Of a stretch of 46,558 nt of DNA, positions 45,081 through 46,558 are shown piece by piece. The notes under the pieces were generated by a model, which searched no databases, was not told the origin of the DNA, and saw nothing but the letters and a program-made list of their open reading frames with translations. The stretch's first letter is position 1. Every line of letters starts with the position of its first letter. The stretch is from Candidatus Rokuibacteriota bacterium. GTDB lineage: Bacteria; Methylomirabilota; Methylomirabilia; Rokubacteriales; DASRDR01. The translations under genes were made by a program, and so were the position numbers. Location: contig JBIOTN010000054.1 in the NCBI GenBank assembly GCA_044866005.1, positions 1-46,558 on the forward strand. Reading direction: 5' to 3'.

Positions 45081-46505
45081 TCAGAACTTGTAGAAGTGGT
45101 GCTCGATCTCGAAGGCGACGTCCTTCCCGGCGAAGGCGCGGACCTCGGAGCGCTTGACGGCCAGGTACTCCCGGGCGAGGACGTCGCCGAGCGCGGCGCG
45201 GAGGACCTCGTCCCGCTCCAGCGCGTCGAGGGCCTCGCCCAGCGAGGCGGGGAGGCGGCGGATCCCGCGGCGCTGGCGCTCGGTCTCGGAGAGCGTGTCC
45301 GGGTCCACGAGCGCCGGCTCGCCGGGGTCGAGCTTCCGCGCCATCCCGTCCAGGCCCGCGGCCAGGAGGCCGCCGAGGGCGAGGTAGGGGTTGCTCGAGG
45401 GGTCGCAGGGCTTCAGCTCGAAGTTGGTGGACTCCATCTCGAGCCCCCGTCGCTTGGACGGGATGCGGACGGCGGCCTCGCGGTTGTCCGGACCCCAGGC
45501 CGTGTAGGCGCTCGCCCAGAAGCGGGGCTGAAGCCGCCGGTACGAGTTGACGCTCGGCGCGGTCAGCGCGACGAGGCCGGGCAGGTGGGCGAGCACGCCG
45601 CCGATGAACGCGTAGCCGGCCTCGGAGACGCCGTAGCGGCCCCGGGGGTCGTGGAAGTGGTTCGTCCCGTCGCGCGCCCGCCAGAGGCTCCAGTGGACGT
45701 GGCTGCCGTTGCCGGCCTGGTCCGGGAAGGGCTTCGGCGCGAACGAGGCGAGGAGGCCGTGCTTGCCCGCGACCCCGCGGGCGGTCTCGCGGACGGTGAG
45801 CTGGTTGTCGGCGGCGCGGAGCGCGTGGGCGAAGCGCACGGGCAGCTCCTGCTGCCCCGGGCCGAGCTCGGCGTAGTACTGCTCGGCCTGCACCCCCTGC
45901 GCCGCGAGCGCCTCGATCAGCTCGATCATGACCGGCGCGGCCGAGTCCATCCCGATCGTGGAGAAGCACGGGCTCCGGTCGAGCGCGACGTAGCGCTCGC
46001 CCTCGCGGCGGGCCAGCGTGAACTCGTTCTCGAAGGCCGCCTGGAAGACGAAGCCTTGCGCCCGCGCCTCGGCGATCGCGCGCCGGAGGACGCTCCGCGG
46101 GCAGGCGCCCCACGGCTCGCCGTCGAGCGTCGTGAGGTCGCAGAAGAGCCGCGCCGACTTCGGCGCGTAGGGCAGGATGGCGAACGTCTCGAGATCGGGC
46201 GTGATGCGGATCTCCCCGACGGGGCCGAACGCGCCCTCCGGCACGAGCTGGTCGAGCATGTTGAACGACTGCATCGCGACCGTGAGCCCGATCCCGGACT
46301 CCAGGTAGGAGGCGAGGAAGCGCGTGTGACAGGCCTTCCCGCGGATGACCCCGTCGTTGCCGCAGTAGAGGAAGCGGACGAGCTGGACGTCGGCCGCGCG
46401 GCAGGCGTTCAGGATGGCGCGCGGGTGGACACGGCCGCGCGGGGAGCCCCCGGCGGGCCGGGCCCGTGTCGACCGTGAAGACCGTCGGGACCGTCGCGCC
46501 GGCAT
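45081..46505 (-). CDS. Glutamine synthetase family protein (probable gamma-glutamyl ligase, FluG C-terminal type)
   Basis: FENEF, ELGPGQQE, PKPF..AGNGSHVH, NSYRRL, WGPDNREAAVR, NPYLAL. Confidence 0.93.
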   Translation of the reverse strand: MPARRSRRSSRSTRARPAGGSPRGRVHPRAILNACRAADVQLVRFLYCGNDGVIRGKACHTRFLASYLESGIGLTVAMQSFNMLDQLVPEGAFGPVGEIRITPDLETFAILPYAPKSARLFCDLTTLDGEPWGACPRSVLRRAIAEARAQGFVFQAAFENEFTLARREGERYVALDRSPCFSTIGMDSAAPVMIELIEALAAQGVQAEQYYAELGPGQQELPVRFAHALRAADNQLTVRETARGVAGKHGLLASFAPKPFPDQAGNGSHVHWSLWRARDGTNHFHDPRGRYGVSEAGYAFIGGVLAHLPGLVALTAPSVNSYRRLQPRFWASAYTAWGPDNREAAVRIPSKRRGLEMESTNFELKPCDPSSNPYLALGGLLAAGLDGMARKLDPGEPALVDPDTLSETERQRRGIRRLPASLGEALDALERDEVLRAALGDVLAREYLAVKRSEVRAFAGKDVAFEIEHHFYKF

Positions 46506-46528
46506 CGGGCGTCCTCCTTTCCTGCCGC

Positions 46529-46558
46529 TCAGAAGCCGAGCAGCTCGAACGGCCGGCG
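46529..46558 (-). CDS. C-terminal tip of an upstream gene (RRPFELLGF*)
   Basis: Open frame to TGA, followed by the AGGAGG RBS of the GS gene; only 10 codons visible. Confidence 0.45.
   Translation of the reverse strand, partial: RRPFELLGF

Noticed and set aside
45081..46505. Calling this glnA
   Set aside because: Looks like the GS-like gamma-glutamyl ligase/FluG branch; true GS activity cannot be supported from sequence

Overview
Very GC-rich bacterial DNA, densely coding, with about 46 real CDS. The gene repertoire resembles Candidatus Rokubacteria/Methylomirabilota, but that is inference only. No rRNA, tRNA, CRISPR array, transposase or integrase was seen. Left to right: (1) TIM-barrel isomerase plus an AfuABC/Fe(III)-family ABC transporter; (2) lemA, a small membrane protein, and an HtpX/M48 homologue with His->Gln at two conserved positions plus a C-terminal SH3b; (3) Pro-rich DUF4124-like protein, K+ channel, and a methyltransferase bracketed by a duplicated copy of the channel gene 3' end; (4) a degenerate CbiX-fusion protein divergent from a class III aminotransferase - ureohydrolase - peptide ABC - ureidoglycolate lyase operon, then a second peptide ABC system; (5) a TMTC-like glycosyltransferase coupled to two secreted proteins, one with HExxH; (6) a compositionally distinct ~9.5 kb catabolic island (XRE-cupin regulator, triple-Rid protein, LLM oxidoreductase, M20 peptidase, aminotransferase, RidA, NitT/TauT ABC); (7) MpaB-like, TMEM220 and ankyrin genes; (8) a FluG-like amidohydrolase and a GS-family ligase separated by a sigma54-type REC / degenerate HD-GYP module and a methyltransferase. 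The best candidates for an undescribed system are the triple-Rid island, the LemA/pseudo-HtpX-SH3 module, the TMTC/secreted-zincin operon and the CbiX-fusion/ureohydrolase locus. All product calls come from motif recognition by eye; no database searches were run.
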